From positions 288,001-352,000 of the forward strand of contig JBNGBT010000002.1 of the NCBI GenBank assembly GCA_049903315.1: a stretch of 64,000 nucleotides of DNA, read 5' to 3'. Shown in pieces: positions 1-10,992 of this stretch (the first letter of the stretch is position 1; every line of letters begins with the position of its first letter). The notes beneath the pieces were generated by a model that saw nothing but the letters and a program-made list of their open reading frames with translations, was not told the DNA's origin and did no database searches. The translations under genes were made by a program, and so were the position numbers. Source of the stretch: Candidatus Cloacimonadota bacterium. Its GTDB lineage: Bacteria; Cloacimonadota; Cloacimonadia; JGIOTU-2.

Positions 1-1271
1 GCTCAGATGACGAATATATAACCTGCTCCTATTCCTCAGCTTTCTTTGATACAATTTTTGCAGGCAGCACAGCATCTCAGCAGAATGTTCTTCCAATTCT
101 TACTGATGATTATATTCCGGATCAGCATGTGGCTAATATCACTATGGATATCACTGGAGATAGCAAACAAAATTGGCTTACACAGTTTTCTGTCATACTC
201 AATGCTCCAGTTTTAGAAACAGGAAATTGCCAGATCGATGACAGCTCCGGAGACAATGATGGTGTTATCGACCCGGGTGAAACAGTTGTATTGACTATTC
301 CAGTTTTAAATACCGGACATGCAACGTCTCCTGCTGTCCAGGCAATCCTTTCATGCTCAAATTATTTAATTACTATCCAGAATACAACTCTTTCTCTCGG
401 ACAACTTGAAGCAGGAGAGAGTATAAACGCAAATTTCACAGTTACCGCTGACTCAATGCTTGAAGAAGGTACTGCGATCACTTTTAACTTTACTGTCAAT
501 GCAGGAGCATATGAGCTGGAAGAAGAAATCGGTATGACCATCGGTCTGATTATTGAGGATTTTGAAACAGCAAATTTCAGTATGTTCGATTGGTATTTTG
601 GTGGAGATGCTGAATGGACTGTCAGTGAGACTGATCCCTACGAAGGTAATTATTGTGTTCAATCAGGGGATATTCCGCATAGTTCACAATCATCATTACT
701 CATTGACCTCGAAGTCTTTACTGATGGGACGATAAGCTTCTGGAAAAAAGTATCATCTGAAAATAATTATGATTACTTACAGTTTTATATAGATGGTTCG
801 CTGCAGGATGAATGGAGCGGGGAATCTCCGTGGTCAGAGGAATCTTATGCTGTTATACCAGGATTACATACATTCGAATGGCGTTACGATAAAGATGTAT
901 ATGTTACTGGTGGAAGCGATTGTGCTTGGATCGATTATATTGTTTTCCCACCTCTTGGTGCGCCTACTTCAAATGACGATCCTTCTCAAACAACTATAAA
1001 TTTCCTTGCAGAGAATTTTCCGAATCCATTTGAGAATGTGACCAATATTAAATTTGCATTGAAGCAGTCTTCGATGGTTACTATTGAAGTATATAATATT
1101 TTAGGACAGAAGGTCAAAACCGTTACAGAAGATGAACTGCCTTCAGGAATTCACTCTGTTCAGTGGGATGGGAAAGATGACTTTGGACATCAGGTTGCAA
1201 ATGGTGTATATTTTTACCGTATGAATACTGATGAATTCTATCAAACCAGAAAAATGATATTGATGAAATAA
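1..1271 (+). CDS. 5'-truncated secreted protein: Ig-like domain, EDFE beta-sandwich domain and T9SS/FlgD-like CTD
   Basis: The frame of ORF 129..1271 is open back to position 3 (SDDEYITCSYSS...), so the gene starts left of the window. Motifs: DDSSGDNDGVIDPGE, EDFETANF, and the CTD NFPNPF...YNILGQKV...WDGKD...NGVYFYRM...KMILMK. Confidence 0.85.
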   Translation, partial: SDDEYITCSYSSAFFDTIFAGSTASQQNVLPILTDDYIPDQHVANITMDITGDSKQNWLTQFSVILNAPVLETGNCQIDDSSGDNDGVIDPGETVVLTIPVLNTGHATSPAVQAILSCSNYLITIQNTTLSLGQLEAGESINANFTVTADSMLEEGTAITFNFTVNAGAYELEEEIGMTIGLIIEDFETANFSMFDWYFGGDAEWTVSETDPYEGNYCVQSGDIPHSSQSSLLIDLEVFTDGTISFWKKVSSENNYDYLQFYIDGSLQDEWSGESPWSEESYAVIPGLHTFEWRYDKDVYVTGGSDCAWIDYIVFPPLGAPTSNDDPSQTTINFLAENFPNPFENVTNIKFALKQSSMVTIEVYNILGQKVKTVTEDELPSGIHSVQWDGKDDFGHQVANGVYFYRMNTDEFYQTRKMILMK

Positions 1272-1282
1272 AAGGAGCTTGA

Positions 1283-4276
1283 ATGAAAGTTATTCCGATA
1301 TTGGGTTTATGTATGTTTTTTTCCGTGATGCTTTATGGTCAGGCAATGTGGCAAGACGATGGAATACCGGTCCGCCAGGGTGTGAATATAGAATGGTACC
1401 GTTCCGGCGCAGCCTTGAATGATGGATCGGTAGTATATGTGTGGTCAGATACTCGCAGAGGAGATCGCGATGTTTGGGCTCAGCGCGTTGATATCAGCGG
1501 GAATCTCCTGTGGGGAGCAGACGGCATCATGGTCAATGGAGAAATAAACAGGCAGGAAGATCCTGTAGTTATTAATACCGGAGATGGAGGAGCAATAGTT
1601 GCGTGGGTTGATTTCAGGAACGAAGATGCTGGAGATGTCTATGCACAAAAATTAGATGTGAGCGGAAATCTCTTGTGGGATCCATCAGGTGTGCCTTTAT
1701 GTCTTGCAGGTGATGTGCAGATATCTCTTAATATTGTGAATGATGCAAATAATGGTGCTTTTGTAATTTGGCAGGATCACAGAAATCCTGGTGGAGTAGA
1801 TATATACGGTACTCATATAAATGCTTCCGGTTCGATCGTTACAGGTTGGAATACTAATGGAAATGCAATAGCTGCTCAGAATGGAGATCAGGATGGACAT
1901 ACATTCTGGGAAGATGGATTTGGCGGAGCTGTTGTTGCATGGCATGATACAAGAACTGCGACGAATGAAAACCTCTATATGCAGAGAATTGCTTCAGACG
2001 GTTCATTACTTTGGGATGCCGGAGGTACTTTGTTATGTGGCTCATCCGATACTCAGAGCAATGTGAAAATGTGCCCTGATGGTACTGGAAGTTTCATTTT
2101 TGTGTGGCGAGATAAACATCTCGATCCTGATGGCGATATAATGGCAATGCGGGTTGATATAGATGGAAATTTTTTGTGGGCTGTCGATGTTCCGATCTAT
2201 CAGGATGACAGCATTCAAAAGGATCCAAGGATTACTGAGTCTACCGATACTGGCGCTTTTATCGTGTGGGATGATTATCGTGATAGTCCTTACACCTCAG
2301 ATATTTATGCACAAAAGCTCGACGTAAGTGGTACACTTCTCTGGGATGCCGCAGGACTTGCACTTTGCACAGCTCCCAATGATCAGCTCGAACCGCGTTT
2401 GACTAATGATAATAATGCCGGATGTTATTTTGTCTGGACCGATGGAAGGGATGGGGGACATCCGCACGAAGATATTTATATGCAGCATGTTGATGATACC
2501 GGGACAATTGAATGGGAAGCGAATGGAAAAATGATCTGCAATGCATATGGAGAGCAGTTCTCAGCGCTTCTCAGAGGAAATGGCACAGGGAAAGTATATG
2601 TCATTTGGGGAGATAACAGAACTGGGTCTACCGGTCTTTATGTCCAAATTCTGGACGAACCAGGTACAGAATATCTCGCATCAAATGGAAAATTAATATA
2701 TTATGGTTTGTGCGGAGATGCAAAGAATTATTCTCTATATGAAAGTTCAGAAGAATCTGTCATTCTATGGGAGGACAGCAGAAGCCCTTACACTGGGAAT
2801 CAATTATATATGCAGATACTGAGTGATGACGGTACAGTGGAACTTGCGTTAAATGGAGAATCTCTTACTGATCCGACTGGATATGATCAGGAGAATGCTG
2901 ATGCGATATATTCGGTCTCTGAAAATGAGCTGGTTGCTGTCTGGGAAGAAAATAGAGCCGGTTTCAAACAAATATTTGCTCAGGCAGTAGATAACCAATG
3001 CACATCACTTTGGGCTGATGGCGGATTGGCTCTTGGAGATTTTTTCAGTGAGCAGCAAAATCCGAAAGTGTCCTCAATGACAGGTTCAAGATCACTTGAG
3101 TATTATACAGGGTGGTCGGATTATCGAGATTTTATGGATCCGGGCATTTTTGGTCAGAAGATTATTGATGGCGTGTTGCAATGGGATGATGAAGGCATTG
3201 AGATCGTTAATAGAAGTGGCGAAGACAAGCTGACTGATATTGTAGACATGTATTATATTTTTCAAAGCGGCGCATGGAATGATCAGAATATTTATGTGAA
3301 ATTAATAGATAGTGATGGAAATACTGCTGCTGGTTGGCCCAATGGTGGAGTCGCAGTTTGTACCGCAACAGGAAATCAGGATAATGCTACCGGTGTGATC
3401 GTACCCGAGGGTTTGTTCGTGATCTGGGAAGATACCCGAGATAGTGTACTTGCAATATATGGACAAGTCGTGACAAGTGCCGGTTCTATGCTTTGGCAGG
3501 AAAATGGCGTTCCAATCGCTAATTATGCAAACGACCAATCATCTCCTGCGTATATATATGAGAATGAACTGTACGCAGTATGGGAAGACTTCCGTAATGG
3601 CATTGATTATAATATTTTTGGACAAAAAGTGCAGTCATCGGACGGTACTCTTCTCTGGAATCCTGATGGAGTAGCAATTGTTGATGAGACCGGAGATCAA
3701 ACGAGTCCTGCAATTTCTATGATCGGTGCGAATCTCTGCATTCCGTGGCAGGATTTCCGAAATGGCACAAATGCAGATATTTTTGGACAGAAAGTGTCCT
3801 CAGATGGAACTGTGCTATGGGTCAACGATCTGCCGATTTGCACTGCGATCAAAAATCAGTCGGGGCCCCTCACTGTTCCTTTTGACGATAATTATGCAAG
3901 TATCATCTGGCAGGATGCCCGATCGAGCGGTAAGGCAGATATTTACAATATTTATGCTCAAAAAATTGAAATAAATGAAGTTTCGATCGATGATCCTCAT
4001 CATGGGAATAGCAGTTTTATAACACATTATCCTAACCCGATCTCTGGCTCTGTATATTTTACTTTACTATCTCCGACAGTGCATTCTGAAACTACTCTCG
4101 ATGTTTTCAATCTCAAGGGACAAAAGATATATTCACACATTTTTGAAGCTGGTGAGAGAAGCTATGAATGGAATACACACGACGTAAATGGAAATCCGGT
4201 TCACAATGGAATATATCTCTATAAATGCTCAAGTGCCGGAACCACTTCCATGAGTAAGCTAATTATATTGAGATAA
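1283..4276 (+). CDS. Secreted repeat protein (probable beta-propellers) with T9SS-type CTD
   Basis: RBS AAGGAG, signal peptide, many repeats of type W-x-D-x-R...DIYAQ...G..LW...G, and CTD YPNP...FNLKGQ...GIYLY. Confidence 0.85.
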   Translation: MKVIPILGLCMFFSVMLYGQAMWQDDGIPVRQGVNIEWYRSGAALNDGSVVYVWSDTRRGDRDVWAQRVDISGNLLWGADGIMVNGEINRQEDPVVINTGDGGAIVAWVDFRNEDAGDVYAQKLDVSGNLLWDPSGVPLCLAGDVQISLNIVNDANNGAFVIWQDHRNPGGVDIYGTHINASGSIVTGWNTNGNAIAAQNGDQDGHTFWEDGFGGAVVAWHDTRTATNENLYMQRIASDGSLLWDAGGTLLCGSSDTQSNVKMCPDGTGSFIFVWRDKHLDPDGDIMAMRVDIDGNFLWAVDVPIYQDDSIQKDPRITESTDTGAFIVWDDYRDSPYTSDIYAQKLDVSGTLLWDAAGLALCTAPNDQLEPRLTNDNNAGCYFVWTDGRDGGHPHEDIYMQHVDDTGTIEWEANGKMICNAYGEQFSALLRGNGTGKVYVIWGDNRTGSTGLYVQILDEPGTEYLASNGKLIYYGLCGDAKNYSLYESSEESVILWEDSRSPYTGNQLYMQILSDDGTVELALNGESLTDPTGYDQENADAIYSVSENELVAVWEENRAGFKQIFAQAVDNQCTSLWADGGLALGDFFSEQQNPKVSSMTGSRSLEYYTGWSDYRDFMDPGIFGQKIIDGVLQWDDEGIEIVNRSGEDKLTDIVDMYYIFQSGAWNDQNIYVKLIDSDGNTAAGWPNGGVAVCTATGNQDNATGVIVPEGLFVIWEDTRDSVLAIYGQVVTSAGSMLWQENGVPIANYANDQSSPAYIYENELYAVWEDFRNGIDYNIFGQKVQSSDGTLLWNPDGVAIVDETGDQTSPAISMIGANLCIPWQDFRNGTNADIFGQKVSSDGTVLWVNDLPICTAIKNQSGPLTVPFDDNYASIIWQDARSSGKADIYNIYAQKIEINEVSIDDPHHGNSSFITHYPNPISGSVYFTLLSPTVHSETTLDVFNLKGQKIYSHIFEAGERSYEWNTHDVNGNPVHNGIYLYKCSSAGTTSMSKLIILR

Positions 4277-4279
4277 GTC

Positions 4280-6559
4280 ATGAAAAAATACACCATCTTC
4301 ATTCTTGTTCTTATTCTTGCAGTTCCTTTATCTGCACAGGTTGCGCTGCCATCGAGATATCATACCTATGATGAGATCAAAGCTGAGCTGGATTCCCTCC
4401 AGCTTGTATATCCTGACCTCGTGTTTGTAGATTCTATCGGAGTGAGTAAAACTGATTCCATTCCTATCTGGGCAGTGAAACTTTCCGACAATGCATCTGT
4501 TGATGAAGATGAACCGGCTGTACTGTATGTGGGGCAATGTCATGCTGAGGAGGTCCTCGGAGTAGAGATCTCCATGTATATGATCAACGAGATATTGGGG
4601 CATTTTTATCAAGCTCCTTATGCAATCTGGTTGAGTGAACTTGAAATCTGGTTTATTCCTTCAATTAATCCCGAAGGATTGCAAGTGGTAATGGATGGAT
4701 GGGATACTGCTTACAGAAAAACGAAACGTGATAATAATTTTAACGGGATTTTTGATTTTCAGCCCGGACCGGGTCATGATATTGATGGAGTCGATCCAAA
4801 TAGAAACTACTCTTATAATTGGGTTCATGGAGACACGTTGTACGAGCCGAGCGGAGAAGAGCGGTACGATTATTATCGTGGACCTGAGCCGTTTTCAGAA
4901 GGCGGCACACAAGCCCTCAAACGTCTTGCACAACAACAGCAATTCCTTTTTTCAATAAACTGGCATTCTTCCCGAACAGGAAATTTCTCTGAGAAAGTTT
5001 TCTATTCGTGGGAATGGGATGGCTTTAAGCGATCACCCGATTTTGAGTTCAATAAAATAATTGGAGAAACTGTTGCATCACTGATAGAAACCGAAGATGG
5101 AACTGCTCATTATGAACCCTCTCCATCACGTGGACGAAAAGGAAATGCACAGGATTGGTTCTATAATACATTTGGTACAGTACAACTTCTTATAGAATGT
5201 GGAACAGAGAATTTACAGCCAAATGCAGCACTGGTAGATGATACATGCGAGCGATGCAAACTTGGTGCATATTGGCTTATGAACCGAGTGCTTGGCTATG
5301 AGACAGATGCTGCAATGCTGACTGGTCATATCGAGGATGGTCAAACAGGTTTACCTATTCAAGCTGAAGTGTACGTGAACGATCATGATATTGTGAGCTT
5401 TACTCCAAGAACATCGGATGAATTATATGGTCGTTACTGGCGGTTGCTCGAACCGGGCACGTATTCAATAACCTACAGAAAAAAAGGATATCAGGATACA
5501 ACGTTCAACAATATCACAATTAATAATTCCGCATGTGCAGTGAAAAATGTTTCTCTGCAACCACTTGCGCAAATTGCAGTTACAGGAAACGTTTATAATA
5601 ACGGTTCACCATTGCAATGTGATATGATACTTAATGATGGATATTTTGCAGACACGTTATCTGTGAGTGGAAGTTTCAACTTCAATTACTATGTTGGAAA
5701 TTATCAGGCAACCTTCATATCTCCGGGATATATCCCACAGATAATGGAACTGACTATTCAGAATGGAATGGACGCTCTCGACATTAATTTTCAACCTGAA
5801 GTAGTTATTTTTGAAGAAAATTGGGAATCAGGTATGGATGGTTGGAATGCTCAAAATTATTGGTGCCTTTATCCCGAACCTTATGAAGGGAATTTTGCGC
5901 TACGTGATAACAGCGAACGATTCTATCGTAACGGTTTTGAGTCCACTATAAAAACGAGTTCATCCATAAACTTGAATGGTGTGAATGAAGATGTTGCCTT
6001 CTCATTCTGGCATAAATATCATGTAGAATGGGAGCATGACAGCTGCTATGTTGAGATTTCATCCAATAATCAGGATTGGGAAGTACTCGCTTCATTTACA
6101 GGCTTTCAACAGGCATGGCAGCAGGTTGTAATTCCTTTGCAGGAGTGGGTAGATACTCATAGCTATTTACGATTCCGGATCAAGACAGACTCATATTTGA
6201 GTGATCCCGGTTGGCTGATTGATAATATTTCGATACTCTCTTCTCAAGGAAATGGAATAGAGGATCCTCCAATTCCAACTGAGTATATTTTATATCAAAA
6301 TCAGCCGAATCCATTCAATTTCATCACATTCTTCCCATATGAAGTCAAGAATTCACATCAGGAAAAACTTTCTCTCTCCATGTTTAATATCAAGGGGCAG
6401 CTTATTCGCACTTTTGAAGTAAGTGATAATAATTCAATGGTATCCTGGGATGGGAAAGATGCTCGTGGTCACAAAGTCGGGTCTGGTATTTATTTCTATC
6501 AACTAAAGGCAGAGAATAAAGTTATTCAAACGAAGAAGTGCGTTTTTTTTAATAAATAG
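4280..6559 (+). CDS. M14 zinc carboxypeptidase with carboxypeptidase-regulatory-like domain and CTD
   Basis: YHTYDEI, HAEE (HxxE), NPEG, DPNRNY, NWHS and IECG motifs; YGRYWRLLEPGTY; CTD NQPNPF...WDGKD. Confidence 0.88.
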   Translation: MKKYTIFILVLILAVPLSAQVALPSRYHTYDEIKAELDSLQLVYPDLVFVDSIGVSKTDSIPIWAVKLSDNASVDEDEPAVLYVGQCHAEEVLGVEISMYMINEILGHFYQAPYAIWLSELEIWFIPSINPEGLQVVMDGWDTAYRKTKRDNNFNGIFDFQPGPGHDIDGVDPNRNYSYNWVHGDTLYEPSGEERYDYYRGPEPFSEGGTQALKRLAQQQQFLFSINWHSSRTGNFSEKVFYSWEWDGFKRSPDFEFNKIIGETVASLIETEDGTAHYEPSPSRGRKGNAQDWFYNTFGTVQLLIECGTENLQPNAALVDDTCERCKLGAYWLMNRVLGYETDAAMLTGHIEDGQTGLPIQAEVYVNDHDIVSFTPRTSDELYGRYWRLLEPGTYSITYRKKGYQDTTFNNITINNSACAVKNVSLQPLAQIAVTGNVYNNGSPLQCDMILNDGYFADTLSVSGSFNFNYYVGNYQATFISPGYIPQIMELTIQNGMDALDINFQPEVVIFEENWESGMDGWNAQNYWCLYPEPYEGNFALRDNSERFYRNGFESTIKTSSSINLNGVNEDVAFSFWHKYHVEWEHDSCYVEISSNNQDWEVLASFTGFQQAWQQVVIPLQEWVDTHSYLRFRIKTDSYLSDPGWLIDNISILSSQGNGIEDPPIPTEYILYQNQPNPFNFITFFPYEVKNSHQEKLSLSMFNIKGQLIRTFEVSDNNSMVSWDGKDARGHKVGSGIYFYQLKAENKVIQTKKCVFFNK

Positions 6560-6663
6560 TAATTTTATCCTTTTTCTCATCGATTAGTTTTAAAAAAGAG
6601 AAAAAGTTTACAATGAATTATCATCAATAAAAAAGAGAATATTATTTTTAAACAGGATTGAAT

Positions 6664-9600
6664 ATGAAAAAGATTATTTTCCTTATTGTATTATGCTTTG
6701 TTTTTTCCTCTCAACTTTTTGCATGGCGACCTCAAGAAATGGAGGTCAAAGTCATTCTTAATTCACAAGAAGATTTTCAAGCATTACATGCTCTTAAACT
6801 GAATGGAGATGTGTATTCAGATTTTGCGCGAGTGTATGTAATCTCTGATGAATTTGATGTTCTAAAACAAACAGGTCTTGAATATGAAATAATTGTTGAA
6901 GACCTTGAAGCCCATTCCAAACAGATATTGGAACTGCGCACAAATTGGCTCTGGTATGATGATATTATTACATTGATGGATAGCTGTGCAACTGCTTTTC
7001 CTTTTATTTGCAGGAAAGAATATATCGGAGAAACTGTTGAAGGAAGACAGATTTCCGCATGTGTTATCAGTGATAATGTGTCCTTGGAAGAGAATGAGCC
7101 GGAGATCATGTTTGATGGAGGTATTCATGGAGATGAACTCTGCGCTGCAGAAAATGTGGCACGAATGATAAGATATCTTTGTGTGAATTACGGCTCCAAT
7201 ACTCAAGTCACTAATATTGTAAATAATACTGAAGTATGGCTTTATCCAATGGTCAATCCTGATGGACGATTTCATGTGGTCAGATACAATGCAAATGGAG
7301 TTGATCTTAACAGGGATTGGGGTTATATGTGGGATGCATGGGGTGGAAGTCCCGGCGCATATTCACAACCTGAAACAAAAGCACTCAGAAGCTGCATGTA
7401 TAATCACCAATTTGTCGTCCATACAACCTATCACAGTGGAACTGAATTTATTTCTCATCCATGGAGTTATCGTTCAAACCTGTGTCCGGATCATCCACAT
7501 ATCAATCAGCTTGCAGGCATCTATTCAACAAGTTCAGGTTATGCAAACCTCGAGTACGGACCGGGTTGTACAGGAATGTACCCGATCAATGGAAGTTCAA
7601 AGGATACAAATTACGGTGTGATGGGCTCAATAAGCTGGTCTATGGAAATTTCCTATCAGAAGCAGCCCCCAACATCACAAATTGTATATTATTGGAATCT
7701 TAACCTGCCTGCAATGCTTACTATGATGGAATACAGCAACTACGGGCTCAATGGACTTGTTACAGATGCTGTCACTGGTGATCCTGTATCAGCTCTCATC
7801 TGGGTAAACAACTTCATGCCTACTTATACAGACCCGCAAGTCGGCGATTTCCATAAGTATGTACTGAATGGAAATTATACTGTTACAGTCACTGCCAATG
7901 GGTACGAAAGCCAGACCATGAATAATGTTACGGTTACAGCAATGAATGCGACAACAGTTGATTTTCAATTGCAACCGTCTGATGACGATGCTTTTTATGG
8001 ATACAAATTTGCAGCAAGCCAAATTCCGGATAATAATACTGGAGATGAGGGAAATACACCTGCATCTCTCGGAGAACCGGATGAAGTAAATTACTCGATT
8101 GGGAAGGATGGATGGTGCATTATTGATATGCAATATCCAATAATCGACGGTGCATATAATGATTTCACAGTTTTTGAAGGAGATATAACTCCTGAAGGTT
8201 ACGACTGCTATGTCGGAAATTCTATCGATGGACCGTTCTATCTAGTTGGTGCCGGTTTTGGGACCACAGAATTTGATCTTAATGGATCGGGACTTGCGGA
8301 AGCACAGTTTATAAAAATAGTCGATGATGGAGATGGCACAGCTACCGCACCCGATGCCGGCTTTGATCTTGATGCGATCTCTACCGAGTTCATTCAAGGT
8401 GCTAATCTTGTAATAGATAATTATTATATTGATGACTCTGCGACAGGTAATGACGATGGTGTTCTCGATCCCGGAGAACAAGCTGACCTCAGTATAGTTG
8501 TGAGAAATAATGGCACCGAAACAGCACAAGATATCTTTTCCATGCTGAGTTGCACCGATTTATACATATCTGTTAATGGGGGACTTGAACCTTTTGGCAA
8601 TATCGAGCCCAGTGAGATGGATACTTCATTTGTGACTATCAGCGCTTCAGGTGGTACACCGAATGGGCATCCTGCTTATTTTTCACTTGATCTGCATTGT
8701 AACAATAGTGCATTTTCAGGAATGTATGATATTATAATAAACATCGGTACAATGCCATATGAAGATTTTGAGACAGGCGATTTCAGTGCATTCAACTGGC
8801 AATTCGGGGGCAGTTTGGATTGGACTATTGACACGAATGCGTATCAGGGTGTATATTGTGCACGATCTGGTGCGATAGGTCATAATCAAACAACTGAAAT
8901 GTCAGTCACTATGGATGTGAGCAGTGGACAGATATCATTTTACAGAAAGGTGTCCTCTGAAAGCAGCTACGATTTTTTGCAATTCTATATTGATGGCGCA
9001 ATGCAGGGACAGTGGTCAGGTCAAATGGACTGGTCTCAGGAATCATTTTCAGTTACAACTGGCACTCATACGTTCAAATGGGTATATGATAAAGATACAA
9101 ATACCACAGGTGGAAGCGACTGTGTCTGGATAGACAATATAAGCTTCCCTGCGTCGAATCCGGACTACCCGATTCTCTACATTGCTCCCACAATGTTTGA
9201 TTTTGGTCAGGTATTCGTTGGTAACGACTCAACGAAACAATTTTTAATTAAAAATGTCGGTGGTGGAACACTCGCTGGTACGATTACTACTCCAGTTGGT
9301 TTTTCAGTAATGGAAACAGGAGGTGTTTCTCCCGTAACAGTACTTGACTATAATTTATCAGGTGGAGATAGTCAGGAATATGAACTTATATTCTCACCAA
9401 CACTTGCCCAAACATATGACAATCAAATTTCTGTATCAGTGCTTCCTTTTCAATTTGAATATCTTAATGTGTACGGAGAAGGTGTTCCCCAAACCAGTCT
9501 TGACGATCCGGAGTTCTATAATGAAACCAGACTCCTCGGTAATTTCCCAAATCCTGTAGGGAATGCAACTGTGATTTCATATCAACTCAAGGGAAGTGCT

Positions 9601-9777
9601 CAATTGCAGGATGTTCTTATCGATATTTATAATATTCACGGAGATTACGTTACTACGATCAAAGGTGAAAAGGGAAGAGCATATTTCGATACTTCCCACC
9701 TCGGTAATGGACTGTATCTTTATAAACTACAGCACGATGACTCAGTTCAAATACAAAAAATGATATTATTAAAATGA
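6664..9777 (+). CDS. Multidomain M14 zinc carboxypeptidase with CTD
   Basis: GIHGDE, NPDG, RYNANGVDLNRDW, TYHSG and MEIS motifs. Start moved to ATG 6664 (ACAGGA upstream, signal peptide MKKIIFL). CTD at the C-terminus. Confidence 0.88.
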   Translation: MKKIIFLIVLCFVFSSQLFAWRPQEMEVKVILNSQEDFQALHALKLNGDVYSDFARVYVISDEFDVLKQTGLEYEIIVEDLEAHSKQILELRTNWLWYDDIITLMDSCATAFPFICRKEYIGETVEGRQISACVISDNVSLEENEPEIMFDGGIHGDELCAAENVARMIRYLCVNYGSNTQVTNIVNNTEVWLYPMVNPDGRFHVVRYNANGVDLNRDWGYMWDAWGGSPGAYSQPETKALRSCMYNHQFVVHTTYHSGTEFISHPWSYRSNLCPDHPHINQLAGIYSTSSGYANLEYGPGCTGMYPINGSSKDTNYGVMGSISWSMEISYQKQPPTSQIVYYWNLNLPAMLTMMEYSNYGLNGLVTDAVTGDPVSALIWVNNFMPTYTDPQVGDFHKYVLNGNYTVTVTANGYESQTMNNVTVTAMNATTVDFQLQPSDDDAFYGYKFAASQIPDNNTGDEGNTPASLGEPDEVNYSIGKDGWCIIDMQYPIIDGAYNDFTVFEGDITPEGYDCYVGNSIDGPFYLVGAGFGTTEFDLNGSGLAEAQFIKIVDDGDGTATAPDAGFDLDAISTEFIQGANLVIDNYYIDDSATGNDDGVLDPGEQADLSIVVRNNGTETAQDIFSMLSCTDLYISVNGGLEPFGNIEPSEMDTSFVTISASGGTPNGHPAYFSLDLHCNNSAFSGMYDIIINIGTMPYEDFETGDFSAFNWQFGGSLDWTIDTNAYQGVYCARSGAIGHNQTTEMSVTMDVSSGQISFYRKVSSESSYDFLQFYIDGAMQGQWSGQMDWSQESFSVTTGTHTFKWVYDKDTNTTGGSDCVWIDNISFPASNPDYPILYIAPTMFDFGQVFVGNDSTKQFLIKNVGGGTLAGTITTPVGFSVMETGGVSPVTVLDYNLSGGDSQEYELIFSPTLAQTYDNQISVSVLPFQFEYLNVYGEGVPQTSLDDPEFYNETRLLGNFPNPVGNATVISYQLKGSAQLQDVLIDIYNIHGDYVTTIKGEKGRAYFDTSHLGNGLYLYKLQHDDSVQIQKMILLK

Positions 9778-9783
9778 GGTAAC

Positions 9784-10980
9784 ATGGAATTATCACAAAG
9801 AGCATTAGGTATTCAGGCATCACCGATAAGAAAACTTGCTCCTTATGCAGACGAAGCAAAGGCAAAAGGTACGCATGTATTTCATCTTAACATCGGACAA
9901 CCGGATATTGAAACACCAAAAGAGATCATGGATGTATATAATCATTTTGATGAAAAGGTGCTGAGTTACGGTCCTTCACAGGGATTGCTGAAATATAGGA
10001 AAAATCTTATAAATTATTATAACAAGCATCAAATTCCACTCAAAATAGAAGACCTCATCGTTACTACAGCTGGTTCGGAAGCTATTATTTTTGCACTTTT
10101 GGCAACCTGTAATGTGGGCGATGAAATAATAGTACCAGAACCTTTCTATACAAATTATAATGGATTTGCAACGATTGCAGGTGTAAAGATCAGACCTCTC
10201 ACGACCTATGCTGAAGAAGGTTTTGCATTGCCGTCAAATGAAAAAATAATTGAGTGCATCACAGATAAAACGAGAGCAATTCTTTTCAGCAATCCAGGAA
10301 ATCCTACAGGCGCAGTTTACTTGAAAAGTGATCTTGAACGGTTGGCAGAAATTGCACTTGAATATGATCTGTATCTTATTTCTGATGAAGTGTATCGGGA
10401 ATTTGTATATGATGGTCTTTCACATGTAAGCAGTCTCCATATTAATGGAATTGAAGATCGGGCAATTATGGTTGACAGCATCTCAAAACGATACAGTGCG
10501 TGCGGTGCAAGAATCGGTTGTATCATTTCAAGGAATCAAGTACTCATGCAGTCATTGCTGAAATTTGCCCAGGCACGGCTCTGTCCTCCAACGATTGATC
10601 AACTTGCAGCAAATGCAGCAGTAGATATTCAGGATGAGTATTTTATTAGTGTACTGCAAGAATATGATAAACGCAGAAATATCGTGTATGATGAAGTACA
10701 GCAAATCGAAGGTGTGGTGTGCGTCAAACCCCAGGGAGCTTTCTATATTATTGTAAAACTTCCTATTGAAGATGCTGAAGATTTTGCGATATGGATGCTT
10801 GAAAAATTTTCTGAAGATGACCAGACTGTAATGTTCGCACCAGCTGAAGGATTCTATGCAACACCAGGTCTTGGCAGAAATGAAGTTCGTCTTGCATATA
10901 TTTTGAACGAGAAAGCGTTAAAGCGCGCAATGTTTCTGTTCCGAAGAGGATTGCAGGAATACATGAATAAAAATTTATGA
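9784..10980 (+). CDS. PLP-dependent aminotransferase class I/II (aspartate aminotransferase-like)
   Basis: LNIGQPD, SNPGNPTG, SDEVYREF and SISKRYSACGARIG (PLP lysine). Confidence 0.92.
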   Translation: MELSQRALGIQASPIRKLAPYADEAKAKGTHVFHLNIGQPDIETPKEIMDVYNHFDEKVLSYGPSQGLLKYRKNLINYYNKHQIPLKIEDLIVTTAGSEAIIFALLATCNVGDEIIVPEPFYTNYNGFATIAGVKIRPLTTYAEEGFALPSNEKIIECITDKTRAILFSNPGNPTGAVYLKSDLERLAEIALEYDLYLISDEVYREFVYDGLSHVSSLHINGIEDRAIMVDSISKRYSACGARIGCIISRNQVLMQSLLKFAQARLCPPTIDQLAANAAVDIQDEYFISVLQEYDKRRNIVYDEVQQIEGVVCVKPQGAFYIIVKLPIEDAEDFAIWMLEKFSEDDQTVMFAPAEGFYATPGLGRNEVRLAYILNEKALKRAMFLFRRGLQEYMNKNL

Positions 10981-10992
10981 TAGGAGTATGAT

